A DNA stretch of 63,151 nt, filler included, from 4 parts of 4 records of this genome joined end to end with filler, not necessarily neighbours in it; one strand, 5' to 3'. Counted from the whole stretch's first letter, positions 8,214-18,442 are shown. The notes: generated from the letters alone by a model not told the origin. Program-made: numbers and translations.

Positions 8214-9938
8214 TCAAGCGGCTTCACCGACCACGCGCAAGCGCTGGTAAGCATCCATTTCCTTTTCATCGATGGGCACAATGTAGGGCTCGATTTCCTT
8301 TTTCTTCATGGCCATTTGGCCTTGCGCGTTTTTGTACAGCAGGGTGTGGCAGAACCAGTTGGCATCATCGCGCTCGGGGTGGTCTACGCTGTAGTGGTAA
8401 AGGCCCCACCGGCTTTCGGTGCGGAACAGGCTGGCGCGTGCGGCCATTTCGGCGCAGTCGATGATCGAATGCGTTTCCATGGCGCGCATCAATTCATGGG
8501 CATTGGTGGCCACCATGTTTGCCGCATCGGCGCGTACTTCGTCCATGCGGCGCAAACCGATTTGGTATTTGCGGGTTACTTTGGGCGGCTGCAAATAGTC
8601 GTTGACCAAGCGGCGTGTTTTGTATTCCACCTGGAAGGGTGTAGGCCCCTCGGTGCGCAGCAGCGGCGCTTCAATGCGATCGTGCTCGGCTTTTACTTGT
8701 AGCTCGTCCAATTCATTCAGTGTGTTTTCAGCGCAGTAGGCGGCGGCGTTTACACCGCAAATTTTCCCGTACACAAATGCACCCAGCATGTAGTTGTGCG
8801 GCACGCTGGCGCAGTCGCCGGCAGAGTACAAGCCGGGCACGGATGTTTCACCCCGCGCATTGATCCAGATGCCTGAAGCACTGTGACCACTGCAAAACCC
8901 GATTTCGGAAATGTGCATTTCAATCATTTCCTTGCGGTAGTTGTTGCCACGCTGCTCGTGGAAACGGCCGCGGCTTGGGCGCTCGTTGGTGTGCAGAATT
9001 ACTTCAATTTCGCTGATAGTTTCTTCGGCCAGGTGGTCCAGCTTCAAGAACACAGGGCCATTGCCACTTTGCAGTTCGCGATAGAACTCCATCATCATTT
9101 GGCCACTCCAGTAATCGCATTCAATGAAGCGCTCACCGGCTGCGTTGGCGGTGTAACCTCCGAAGGGGCCAGTCACATACGCACAGGCCGGGCCGTTGTA
9201 GTCTTTGATCAGCGGGTTGATTTGGTAACACTCCAGGTTGGCCAATGCGGCACCTGCGTGGTAGGCCATGGCATGGCCATCGCCGCAGTTGGTGGGGTTC
9301 TCGTAGGTGCCCATCAAATAGCCTGAAGAAGGCAAACCCATGCGGCCGGCTGCGCCCGTGGCAATAATGGCGGCCTTGCAGCGAATGACATAAAAATCTG
9401 CCGTGCGGCAATCGAACCCCATCACACCGGTGATCTCGCCATTGGCACCCGTCAGCAAGCGCGTACACACCACGCGATTGGTCACTTCAACCCTTGTGCG
9501 CTTAAGCTGGCGATACAGCACGCGCTTCATGTTGTGGCCCTCGGGCATGGGCAACACATAGCTGCCTAGGTGGTGAACCTTGCGCACAGAATAGTCGCCG
9601 GTTTCATCCTTTTCGAATTTCACGCCCCATTTGTCCAGCTCCTGAATCATGTCAAAGCTGTTCGCGGCATACGCCATGACCGCCTCTTGGTCCACAATGC
9701 CGTCGTTGGCAATCGTGATTTCCTTCACATACTGTTCGGCTGTGGCGTGGCCGGGAATCACGGCATTGTTCAAGCCATCCATACCCATGGAAATTGCGCC
9801 GCTGCGTTTTACGTTGGCCTTGTCCACCAGCAGCACGCGCAGCTTGGGGTTTTGTTCTTTCGCCTTCACGGCAGCCATGGGGCCGCCTGTGCCGCCACCA
9901 ATCACCACCAGGTCGTATTCCAAGTCGATGCGTTTCAT
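8214..9938 (-). CDS. FAD-dependent oxidoreductase, AprA/fumarate reductase flavoprotein family
   Basis: GGGTGG, KANVKRSGA, ATGAAG, GLYSAGD, RTESRWG; AGGAG RBS before ATG 9938. Confidence 0.88.
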   Translation of the reverse strand: MKRIDLEYDLVVIGGGTGGPMAAVKAKEQNPKLRVLLVDKANVKRSGAISMGMDGLNNAVIPGHATAEQYVKEITIANDGIVDQEAVMAYAANSFDMIQELDKWGVKFEKDETGDYSVRKVHHLGSYVLPMPEGHNMKRVLYRQLKRTRVEVTNRVVCTRLLTGANGEITGVMGFDCRTADFYVIRCKAAIIATGAAGRMGLPSSGYLMGTYENPTNCGDGHAMAYHAGAALANLECYQINPLIKDYNGPACAYVTGPFGGYTANAAGERFIECDYWSGQMMMEFYRELQSGNGPVFLKLDHLAEETISEIEVILHTNERPSRGRFHEQRGNNYRKEMIEMHISEIGFCSGHSASGIWINARGETSVPGLYSAGDCASVPHNYMLGAFVYGKICGVNAAAYCAENTLNELDELQVKAEHDRIEAPLLRTEGPTPFQVEYKTRRLVNDYLQPPKVTRKYQIGLRRMDEVRADAANMVATNAHELMRAMETHSIIDCAEMAARASLFRTESRWGLYHYSVDHPERDDANWFCHTLLYKNAQGQMAMKKKEIEPYIVPIDEKEMDAYQRLRVVGEAA

Positions 9939-9949
9939 GTTCACACTCC

Positions 9950-10717
9950 TCAAGTTCGGTTGATGCGCAAGCGATACTGGAATGCATCGCCCCGGTAATA
10001 CAGGTATTCAAAGTCGATGGGCGTGTCGCCCGCGTAAGTCATGCGTTCCATGCGCAGCAAGGGGCAGCCCTCGTCCACACGCAGTTGTTGGGCCAGCGAT
10101 TCATCGGCTGAAATGGCTTCAATTTGCAAATCCGCGTGGGTCAGGTTGTAGCCGTGGTCGTTTTCCAGAATTGCAAAAATGTCGCGCACAGCCAAATCCT
10201 CTTGCAGCAACTTTTCCCCAATCTCGATTGGGAAATAACTGACATCCACTGAAATGGGTTCGCGATTCAAAAAGCGCAGGCGCTGAATTTCAAACACAGG
10301 CTGACCAGGTTTGACATGCAGGCGATTGGCCACCTGTGCGGTGGCTTCAACCGGCTTTGCGCTGAGCACGTTCGAGTAAGTTTCATAACCCGAGGACGAC
10401 ATGGCTTCACCAAAACCCTGCAAACGCGACAGGCTTTGAAACGCTTTGGGTTTCGACACAAAACTGCCCTTGCCCATCACTTTGAATATCAGGCCTTCTT
10501 TTTGAAGGTCGCCCAGCGCCTGGCGAATGGTGATTCGGCTTACGCCAAACATGCGGATCATTTGGCTTTCAGAGGGCATTTGTGTGTGCGGTGCGTAGGT
10601 GCCATCGAGAATGCTTTTGCGCAACTTTTCCCGCACCTGGGTGTACAAGGGCAAGGCCGACACATTGGTATCGAATGCCTGCTCTTCCACTACTTTGATC
10701 GCTGATTTCCCGTTCAT
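9950..10717 (-). CDS. GntR family regulator, HutC/UTRA subfamily
   Basis: PLYTQV...MPSE...FGVSRITIRQAL...GKGSFV plus UTRA-type C-terminus. Confidence 0.92.
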   Translation of the reverse strand: MNGKSAIKVVEEQAFDTNVSALPLYTQVREKLRKSILDGTYAPHTQMPSESQMIRMFGVSRITIRQALGDLQKEGLIFKVMGKGSFVSKPKAFQSLSRLQGFGEAMSSSGYETYSNVLSAKPVEATAQVANRLHVKPGQPVFEIQRLRFLNREPISVDVSYFPIEIGEKLLQEDLAVRDIFAILENDHGYNLTHADLQIEAISADESLAQQLRVDEGCPLLRMERMTYAGDTPIDFEYLYYRGDAFQYRLRINRT

Positions 10718-10736
10718 ATTTGCTGCCTGAATCAAA

Positions 10737-10750
10737 CTTGTTATGACAGG
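10737..10750. promoter_or_regulatory. Probable HutC-type operator
   Basis: CTTGT-TATG-ACAGG imperfect palindrome 20 bp upstream of the regulator ATG. Confidence 0.55.
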
Positions 10751-10865
10751 TCATGATATGCATAGACCGTGCCAGCTTTTGTTGCACCGTAGCAGTGCCG
10801 TTTTTGCTGCTTTACCTATTTATTACCTGTACTTGTGCGGTATTGAATTTTCAGGACAACCCAAA

Positions 10866-11903
10866 TTAATGCGCTGCAGCACCGCTTTGAATCACATGCA
10901 CCAAGACGAATCCTGCTGCCCAAAGGTGCATGCACAAGGCACCACCGAGCACCCACACCTTCCCACCCGCAGCGCGCAAATCAACCCAGCGCGTGCCCAC
11001 ACCCAAGGCCGCCAGCCCGGTGGCCATCAACAACTGGGACAAATCAACCAAAGCAGTTTCCAGTGCAATACTCAGCACACCCGTGGATTTAAACACCACT
11101 GCCAACAAGAACCCCCACAGAAACAAAGGGGGTTGCATGGACACATGACTGACTTGAGCGCCAGGCTGTTTGCGCTGCTCGCGCACCATGTGCCAGGCCA
11201 GCCACACCATGGCCGGAGCCAGCAAGGCCACACGCAACATTTTCTCGATCAATGCGAATGCGGGCGCTTCACCACCCACAAGCGCAGCGCCCGCCACCAC
11301 ATGCCCCAATTCATGCACGCTTAAGCCCAGCCAAAGGCCTGCAAAATCAGCCTGCAAATTAAACAGCCACTGAAAACCCGGAATGGCAAACATGCTGAGC
11401 GTGCCAAACACCACGGCTGTCCCCAAGGCAGCCGAGGTGGCCGCAGGTGGCCCGCGCAATACCGAGTCGGCCGCAGCAATGGCGGCACCACCACAAATTG
11501 CACTACCTGCACCAATCAGCAAAAAACTGCTAGCCTGCAGGCCCATTCGCTTGCCCAACCAGGCCGCCAACCCCAAAGTACTTACGACAACAAACACGGC
11601 CGCCAATACACCTTGCCAACCCACGGCGAGCAAATCCGCAAACCCCAACTGGAAACCAAACAAGGCAATGCCCGTGCGCATAACATGGCGGCGAGCAAAA
11701 CCAAACCCAACTTGACCATGCTGGACCAAGGCAGTAGCGGCATTGCCAAGGGCCATGCCCAGGAACATGGCCAGAGGCAACAAACCAAAGCCCCAACTTG
11801 CAAAGCCACCCGGTACAGCGCCCAGCCAGGCCAATGCAGCCAGCAAGAAGCTGAGCAGCAAACCAAAAGGCAAGGCGGTGTTGGGGGCTTGAAGAACGCG
11901 CAT
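10866..11903 (-). CDS. YeiH / putative sulfate exporter (PSE) family membrane protein
   Basis: GSAICGGAAIAA, HELGHVV, KMLRV; divergent from a LysR gene as in yeiE/yeiH. Confidence 0.85.
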   Translation of the reverse strand: MRVLQAPNTALPFGLLLSFLLAALAWLGAVPGGFASWGFGLLPLAMFLGMALGNAATALVQHGQVGFGFARRHVMRTGIALFGFQLGFADLLAVGWQGVLAAVFVVVSTLGLAAWLGKRMGLQASSFLLIGAGSAICGGAAIAAADSVLRGPPAATSAALGTAVVFGTLSMFAIPGFQWLFNLQADFAGLWLGLSVHELGHVVAGAALVGGEAPAFALIEKMLRVALLAPAMVWLAWHMVREQRKQPGAQVSHVSMQPPLFLWGFLLAVVFKSTGVLSIALETALVDLSQLLMATGLAALGVGTRWVDLRAAGGKVWVLGGALCMHLWAAGFVLVHVIQSGAAAH

Positions 11904-11997
11904 GGATCATGAATTCAAAAAAGACACCTTATGGTGATGCTTTCTTCCTCATATCCATAGACAATGAAACTTCTATATTAATAACTACAGGTAATGC

Positions 11998-12870
11998 ATG
12001 AACTTGCACCTGCTTCGAATATTCGTTTGCGCTGTCGAAGAGAACAGTTTCACCAAGGCAGCAGACCAACTGGGCATCAGCCAGCCCGCAGTTTCAAAAG
12101 CCGTGCGAGAACTGGAAGCGCAATTGGATACCCTGCTGCTTGAACGCCACGGCAAGTACTTCAAACCCAATGAGGCCGGGCAAGTGTTGTTTGACTATGG
12201 CAAAAGCCTGTTTGCCATGGAGCGCGAGGCCAGTGAGGTACTGCGTGCCTTTAAAAATCTGGAACGCGGGCGTCTGATTGTGGGGGCGAGTACCACCGTG
12301 GCCAGCTACTGGCTGGCGCCTTACCTGAAGAAGTTTTCAGACAAACACCCTGGCGTGGATGTGCAGGTGGTGGGTGCGAACACCGAAAATGTGGCCCAAC
12401 TGCTGCTGGACTGCAAAGTAGATGTGGCGCTGGTAGAAGGCGAGGTGAGCGATGAACGCATTGAAACCCGTTTGTGGCGCACCGAAGAAATGGTGGCCAT
12501 TGCACCCAGCTTCGAGAACAGCGCGCGCAAGCGCGAACTAGAGCAACAGGTGTGGATACTGCGCGAACAGGGCTCAGGCAGCCGCAACGTGGCGGAGCAA
12601 TGGCTGCTGAACGTGGGGATACAAGCCCAGCGCACACTGGAAATGAACAGCAACGAGGCGATTATTCAAGCCGTGGCTGCGGGCTGCGGTGTGGGCATTG
12701 TGCCGAAAATTACCGCACGCGATCAGCTTGCCTTGAGGCGGGTAAAACGCTTTGCATTGGGTTCAGGAAAAATGGAACGCCCCTTGTTCAGGCTGCGCTT
12801 GCCACACAGGCCGCTGAGCAATGCGGCTCTGGCATTTGAGGCTTTGTTGGGGCCAACTGTTGCAGCTTAG
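11998..12870 (+). CDS. LysR regulator (YeiE/CysL-like)
   Basis: SFTKAA.LGISQPAVS; GASTT; REQGSGSR. Confidence 0.9.
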   Translation: MNLHLLRIFVCAVEENSFTKAADQLGISQPAVSKAVRELEAQLDTLLLERHGKYFKPNEAGQVLFDYGKSLFAMEREASEVLRAFKNLERGRLIVGASTTVASYWLAPYLKKFSDKHPGVDVQVVGANTENVAQLLLDCKVDVALVEGEVSDERIETRLWRTEEMVAIAPSFENSARKRELEQQVWILREQGSGSRNVAEQWLLNVGIQAQRTLEMNSNEAIIQAVAAGCGVGIVPKITARDQLALRRVKRFALGSGKMERPLFRLRLPHRPLSNAALAFEALLGPTVAA

Positions 12871-12887
12871 CCCTCGGGGGCTTTCTG

Positions 12888-13427
12888 TCAATTTGCCTTC
12901 CAGAATCGGTACTCCGCCTTGTAACTTACCTCGGCTTTTTCACCATCATTGTCAGCTGAACACTTTTTGGCTGGCGCTACCCCACCCTGTGTGTTCACAC
13001 GCTGCACATAACTGACTCCGGTCAAGGCGCCCTGCCCGCCGGCCACATCGGCTTTCACCAGTTGAAGGGGAATGTTTTTGCTGCCGTTGGGCGACACGGC
13101 CACTTGCGAACCAGTGACAAAGGAGCCGTCTTTGTGAGCCCAGCGCGCGGGCGGACCCGAGTAATCGCCCACTGTCTCACCACCTTCGTCGGTCAGTTCG
13201 GCTTTCGGACCGACCATGCTCCACTTGTAAGTGGTCAGCGGGTCTTTCTCTTTGCTGCACTGGTATTCAATGGTTCCGCTGGCTTTGGTCTCAAGCACCA
13301 AGGTGTTGGCAGTGGCCACCTGAATCAGGGCGGGTAAACCTTTTTGGGCAGAATCAGTTTGTGCAAAAGACGCAGGCTGCACGCAAAGCGCGACCAATCC
13401 ACACATCAACAAACCGGTTTTTTTCAT
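12888..13427 (-). CDS. DUF3455 family secreted protein
   Basis: Signal peptide; G..EYQC, GPKAEL, IPLQLV, YVQRVNTQGGVAP, Y.AEY.F. Confidence 0.75.
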   Translation of the reverse strand: MKKTGLLMCGLVALCVQPASFAQTDSAQKGLPALIQVATANTLVLETKASGTIEYQCSKEKDPLTTYKWSMVGPKAELTDEGGETVGDYSGPPARWAHKDGSFVTGSQVAVSPNGSKNIPLQLVKADVAGGQGALTGVSYVQRVNTQGGVAPAKKCSADNDGEKAEVSYKAEYRFWKAN

Positions 13428-13502
13428 GGGTATTGCCTCGTACTGCTTTGTTTCATCAACTAAAGCTAACGTGGGCAAATGCACATGCGTTTACAAAGGT
13501 GC

Positions 13503-14339
13503 CTAAAACACACCCCGCATCATGTTGACTGCAATGGCAAACACCACCACAGCAAACACTTTTCGAAGCAAGGGCGCCGGCAGAATGTGCGCAGCTTGTG
13601 CGCCCCAGGGTGCAAGCAACACGCTGGCGACTACCGTGAACAACAAAGCGGGTACATAAACAAAACCAAGGCTTCCTGTCGGCAGGCCCGGTGCAGTCCA
13701 GCCATTGAATATGAAGCCGATGGTTCCGCCCAAGGCAATTGGAAAACCCATGGCCGATGCGGTGCCAATGGCATTTTTAATCGACACATTGCACCACACC
13801 AAAAACGGCACGGTGAGTGCACCGCCACCCACAGCCACCAGCGACGATGCAGTACCAATAAAGGTAGCCACACCCATTTGCCCATGGCGCCCGGGCAGTA
13901 CACGCCCCGGTTTAGGCTTGTATTCGAAGAACATTTGAAACGAGGCCAAGCCCATGAAGAGCGCGAAAAACACGATCAGGAAAGTGGTGGACACATGCCG
14001 CGCAAGGAAGGTACCGAACAAGGTACCCAACAAAATACCGGGAATGAAATTTTTAACGACATCCCAGCGCACTGCGCCGTGGAGGTGGTGCGAACGCACA
14101 CTGGAAACCGACGTGAACAAAATGGTGGCCATGGAAGTGCCGAGGGCCAAACGGAAGTTCCACTGCCCGGGCAATGCGGCCAGTTTGAAGGCCCACACCA
14201 ATGCAGGCACCAGCACACTGCCCCCACCCACGCCCAAGAGGCCCGCAAGAAAACCGGCAACAATGCCGATTGCAATGTACGCAGCAACTGCCTGCACCGT
14301 AAAAATTTCAGCAAACAGTGCTGCGTTCAGCTCAACCAA
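13503..14339 (-). CDS. TSUP (TauE/SafE) sulfite exporter family protein
   Basis: GLLGVGGG..LVP; second repeat AVGGG...VP; AIGTAS; start uncertain. Confidence 0.88.
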   Translation of the reverse strand: MVELNAALFAEIFTVQAVAAYIAIGIVAGFLAGLLGVGGGSVLVPALVWAFKLAALPGQWNFRLALGTSMATILFTSVSSVRSHHLHGAVRWDVVKNFIPGILLGTLFGTFLARHVSTTFLIVFFALFMGLASFQMFFEYKPKPGRVLPGRHGQMGVATFIGTASSLVAVGGGALTVPFLVWCNVSIKNAIGTASAMGFPIALGGTIGFIFNGWTAPGLPTGSLGFVYVPALLFTVVASVLLAPWGAQAAHILPAPLLRKVFAVVVFAIAVNMMRGVF

Positions 14340-15232
14340 TTCAATGCGCCTTCAAAGGTTTGAAACTCGGACAAGGAACGCGCTTTCACATTCGGAAATC
14401 GCTCACGCACCATGCGGGTCAGCGTATTGCCAGGGCCCACTTCGAAGTAAACCGTGGCGCCCATTTCAGAAGCCAAGTCCAAAGTACGCGCCCACTGAAG
14501 GGGTTCAGAAATTTGACGCGCAAGGCAATCGATTGCGCCATTGCGATTCTCTACAGGGCTTCCGTCCAGCGCGCTGAGCACCGGGCAATCGAATCTGCGC
14601 CAACTGGCCGCATCCAGTGCATTCTTGAATTGCGCACTTGCATCCCTTAACCACGCGGTGTGCGAAGGCACTTGCACATTCAAGTGCACCACATGCGCGC
14701 CCAGTTCGCGTTCCATGCCTTTGCAAATCGACTTCATCACCGCCGTGGGGCCAGCGACTACGGCATGCTGTTCATCATTCACAATCGCCACAGCCAAGCC
14801 GTGCTCAAGTGCAATGGCTTGCAGCTTTTCAAGACGCACACCTTTCACGGCCATCATGCCGTGGGCTGCGGGTGCCGCCTGGTCCATGCACTGCGCACGC
14901 TTCACCGCCAAACCCACTCCGTCCAACGCCTGCAAACTGCCGGCCACCGTGTGGGCGGTCAGCTCACCAATGCTGTAACCCGCGCTTAAATCAGCATGAA
15001 GGCCATGCGCCTGCAGGGCCTGGGCAACTGCGGCGCCTGAAGCCACAATCAAAGGCTGGGCATGCGCGTTGGCGAAACACAATTCGGAATTCTGCGACAC
15101 CGCCATGGCATCAAAAGGCATGGCATCCAACAAAGGTTCCAAGTGTGGAGCAATCAATGTCTCAGCCAGCAAACGTGGAAGCATGTCGACGGTTTGGCTA
15201 CCCTGCCCCGGGCACAAAATGCACAAAGTCAT
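14327..15232 (-). CDS. mdcH: Malonate decarboxylase malonyl-CoA:ACP transacylase
   Basis: PGQGSQ, GYSIGE, VPSHT, EVGPG; mdc context. Confidence 0.88.
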   Translation of the reverse strand: MTLCILCPGQGSQTVDMLPRLLAETLIAPHLEPLLDAMPFDAMAVSQNSELCFANAHAQPLIVASGAAVAQALQAHGLHADLSAGYSIGELTAHTVAGSLQALDGVGLAVKRAQCMDQAAPAAHGMMAVKGVRLEKLQAIALEHGLAVAIVNDEQHAVVAGPTAVMKSICKGMERELGAHVVHLNVQVPSHTAWLRDASAQFKNALDAASWRRFDCPVLSALDGSPVENRNGAIDCLARQISEPLQWARTLDLASEMGATVYFEVGPGNTLTRMVRERFPNVKARSLSEFQTFEGALNWLS

Positions 15233-16107
15233 GAGCGTGCAACCATGAAGTTGGGCAGCTCGGAATTGACTTGCACCAAGGCTTGCACAAACAGCGCGGC
15301 AGACAACAAATCAGCACTGCCACCAGGGCTTAACCACTGCGATTCAAACTGTGCACACAGGTGCTGCGCCCTGCTTTTCCAGCCGGGCGCAAACACGCCG
15401 CCCTCAGCCAGAAACTGGTCCACTCTGCCCTGGGCCCATTGCAAACCTTTCAAACCGCCGCGATGGGCAAGGTTGGTGTCAGGCAGCTTGCCAATGGTGC
15501 ACACCAAGGCATGCAACTGCGCTTGCTCTTGCGAAAGCCCTTCAGACAAAGCCCAGCGAAGTTGTGGCACCGTGGTCCAGAACAGCACCGGAAAACCTTC
15601 GGCTGCCTGCTCGCGCGCGCCGGGCAAACCAAAGGCATCTTTCACACGGCGACCATGCGTGGGTGAGTCAAGGCGTTGAACCTGGTCTTGCACCCCTGCC
15701 AACAATATATTCACGCCCCATTTGGCCGCCACCAACCTGCCCAGGCTGATCGCATCGAAACACCCGTGTTCACGAAACTGGGCACCCGCTGCACCCGCCA
15801 ACAATCCCATCAAGAAAATGGCGCCTTTGTGGGTGTTCACACCTTCGGTAGCCTTGAACATGGCTTGCTCGGCAGCAAGTCCATACAATTGCAACGTTCT
15901 GAATTCTGCGCCCTCAAGGCCAGCGGCAAAACAGTTTCCGAAGTACCCCTGCAAAGCGTCAATGCTGCGGTAGAACGTTGTGGCATTCATGTCGGCATGG
16001 CTGCCATTGTTGCTAGGGCACACCAGGCCGGGCTTGTACTCCAGGTCCACTTCCTGTCGAAGGGCTTGGCAGGCTGCTGCATCAATTCGTGCGACCAGTT
16101 CTTTCAT
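15229..16107 (-). CDS. mdcB: Triphosphoribosyl-dephospho-CoA synthase
   Basis: KPGLV, GSHADM, GVNTHKGAIF, DTNLAHRGG, SPGGSADLL. Confidence 0.9.
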   Translation of the reverse strand: MKELVARIDAAACQALRQEVDLEYKPGLVCPSNNGSHADMNATTFYRSIDALQGYFGNCFAAGLEGAEFRTLQLYGLAAEQAMFKATEGVNTHKGAIFLMGLLAGAAGAQFREHGCFDAISLGRLVAAKWGVNILLAGVQDQVQRLDSPTHGRRVKDAFGLPGAREQAAEGFPVLFWTTVPQLRWALSEGLSQEQAQLHALVCTIGKLPDTNLAHRGGLKGLQWAQGRVDQFLAEGGVFAPGWKSRAQHLCAQFESQWLSPGGSADLLSAALFVQALVQVNSELPNFMVARS

Positions 16108-16802
16108 GCAGCGCTCCCAACCGGGCATTGAAAGCCCTGCTGATACCCAGACAGGCCAACAAGTTTCACGTCACGATTTGTTTTCACCAGCAACTGCGAA
16201 TTGGAATCGGAAAAGCTTCGATGCAATTCACGCCACTGCACAGCCTGACCACTGGGGTTGAGCACTTCGCCATCGACTTTAAACTCGGGGTATTCAGTTT
16301 GGAGGGCGTCGAGAAAAAGACACAGCTTTTCAGCTTCAAGCCAACTCACTGGTTTGAACAGCACATCCAGATCGGAACTTTCCGTGAGGCAAGGCAAGCC
16401 GGTCAGCGCCTGAATGGCGCCAGAACCATAAGCATGCGCCGCGATAAAATGATGATCGAGGAAACCCAGCAAAGCGTTGGCCCCCGCTTGCCAAGGCTGT
16501 GGCAAGCTTGGCAACACACTGGCCAGGTTTGGCCCCTGCTGGTGCTTTTCAATGCCTTGACTATTCACGATGAAGGACAAGCGCTTTTTGCCCCAAGACG
16601 GCGGCTCGGCCAAGCCCACCCGTAGGCAATTCGGCAACACCTCATCTTGACGGGCCACGATCAGCGGGTAGCCGCTCAACACCCAGCGGTGCAACAGCGA
16701 CAATGCGCTGATGGGCTCCAAGGGTGCAGGCCCGGCATACTCGGCATGCCTTACCGCATCCAGTTTTAACCACACCAGGTCGTGGCGATTGAATGTGATC
16801 AT
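16104..16802 (-). CDS. mdcG: Malonate decarboxylase holo-ACP synthase
   Basis: RHDLVW, YGS, SDLD, VDGE, WRE, LLVK. Confidence 0.88.
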   Translation of the reverse strand: MITFNRHDLVWLKLDAVRHAEYAGPAPLEPISALSLLHRWVLSGYPLIVARQDEVLPNCLRVGLAEPPSWGKKRLSFIVNSQGIEKHQQGPNLASVLPSLPQPWQAGANALLGFLDHHFIAAHAYGSGAIQALTGLPCLTESSDLDVLFKPVSWLEAEKLCLFLDALQTEYPEFKVDGEVLNPSGQAVQWRELHRSFSDSNSQLLVKTNRDVKLVGLSGYQQGFQCPVGSAA

Positions 16803-16820
16803 GGGTTGCTCAGCAGCTTG

Positions 16821-17546
16821 TCATCGATTGGCTAAAACACGCTCAACCACCACACCGGCGGCCTGTCGCCCCCCGCGCTCAACGCCCCGTTCAATGCGAA
16901 GGTCTTTACCAATGTCCTCACGTGATCTGGCTTGCAAACGGGTGATTGAATCGGCCAGTTGCGCAGCGTAATCGCCTTGCCACACTGCATCCAGGTGGCC
17001 CATGCGGAAGTAATTCTCCACCCCGGGTGAAAACACCGGCGACTGTTTGGCCAATTCCTGCAAATGATCCAAAGGAATTTTGGTAATGCGTGACATTGCC
17101 GGCAAATTCATCACCTTGATTTCCGCATCGGCCAGGGCATAGCAGGCATCGGCCATCATGCCGGTGCTGATGTAACCACCGCTGACTGCCTCGCCATACA
17201 CCACACTCACAATCACATGGCCATGCTGGCGTGCCAACTCCACTGCTTTGGCCAGGTGTGCCATGTAACTATTCAAGCCCATGAGTTCATCCCGGCGGCG
17301 AAGGCGTTGGCCCTGCGTGTCCAGCAAAAATACAATTGGTTCACCTGGGTGCTGCTTGATGGTTTGAATAACAACCCTTGCCATAGTCAAGGCCATGTCT
17401 GCACCCACTTCGGCTTTCTCGGCAGTGCCAATCACAGTCACCTGCTGGTTGCCGACAGTTGCTCGGCCATAGAAATGATCGGCCTCCATGTACTCGGCTT
17501 TCCAGCCATCGGCAAACAAGGCGTTCAATACTTGATCCCGGTTCAT
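16821..17546 (-). CDS. mdcE: Malonate decarboxylase gamma subunit
   Basis: DTQGQRLRRRDELMG, AVSGG, VMNLPAMSRITK. Confidence 0.9.
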   Translation of the reverse strand: MNRDQVLNALFADGWKAEYMEADHFYGRATVGNQQVTVIGTAEKAEVGADMALTMARVVIQTIKQHPGEPIVFLLDTQGQRLRRRDELMGLNSYMAHLAKAVELARQHGHVIVSVVYGEAVSGGYISTGMMADACYALADAEIKVMNLPAMSRITKIPLDHLQELAKQSPVFSPGVENYFRMGHLDAVWQGDYAAQLADSITRLQARSREDIGKDLRIERGVERGGRQAAGVVVERVLANR

Positions 17547-18442
17547 TGCGCACCCCTTGCCACGTTGCGGGCATCTGCCGTGGTTTTCACAAACTCATCC
17601 GCTGGCATCAGTGCCAATTCTTCAGCACTGGGTAGCCCCAAGCGTTGCCAAATTTCTTTGGCATCGCGGCAGTCACCAAATTGCTCAAGCCTTTGCGTCA
17701 ACATGGCATGCTCGGCTTCCAGATTCTCCAGATCAAAACTCACCTTGCCTGAATCAAGCGCTTGTATAGCGGTATTGCGAAATGCATCCACTTCATCCGC
17801 AACCAAGGCCTGAATGTCGCCCATCACGTAACGATGCTTGCCCCCACTCACACGCCACACCAGGGCACGGTCACGTGAATCGAATTCTTCCACGCCGTAC
17901 ACCGTTTCAATCACCTCCGGGCCCGACATGGCCAGGCGACCCTCTTCGGACATGATGAGTACATCGCAACAACGGGCAATCAAGCCTGTGCCACCAAAAC
18001 AACCGGCTGCACCACCAATCAAACCGATGAACTGAATACCTTGCGCACGGGCTGCGCACACGGCACGCATAATTTCCGACACGGCAATTAGCCCGGCATT
18101 GGCCTCGTGCAAACGCACACCGCCACTTTCAAAAATGAGCAGCACTGCGCGGGGCTTTTCTTTCACAGCTTTGGCAATCAGCGCGGTAATTTTTGCGCCA
18201 TGCACTTCGCCAATGGCACCGCCCAGAAACTCACCTTCCTGGGCGGCCACCAGCACAGGTGCGCCACCCAAAGTGGCTCGCCCAATGACCACGCCATCAT
18301 CAAATGCAACCGGTTGTTCAAGCAGCGCCATGTGCGGGCTGCTGATGCGATCCGACGGCTTCAGGATTTCCTGAAAACTACCGGCGTCGCACACGGCCTG
18401 CACACGCTCGCGCGCACTGGCCTCCAGAAAACTATTGGCCAT
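17543..18442 (-). CDS. mdcD: Malonate decarboxylase beta subunit
   Basis: FDDGVVIG, GEVHGAK, ESGGVRLHEANAG, SGPEVIE. Confidence 0.9.
   Translation of the reverse strand: MANSFLEASARERVQAVCDAGSFQEILKPSDRISSPHMALLEQPVAFDDGVVIGRATLGGAPVLVAAQEGEFLGGAIGEVHGAKITALIAKAVKEKPRAVLLIFESGGVRLHEANAGLIAVSEIMRAVCAARAQGIQFIGLIGGAAGCFGGTGLIARCCDVLIMSEEGRLAMSGPEVIETVYGVEEFDSRDRALVWRVSGGKHRYVMGDIQALVADEVDAFRNTAIQALDSGKVSFDLENLEAEHAMLTQRLEQFGDCRDAKEIWQRLGLPSAEELALMPADEFVKTTADARNVARGAQ

Noticed and set aside
8214-9938. Calling the flavoprotein sdhA/frdA or a true aprA
   Set aside because: No SdhB/C/D partners and no sat or dsr context; only the family-level call is supportable
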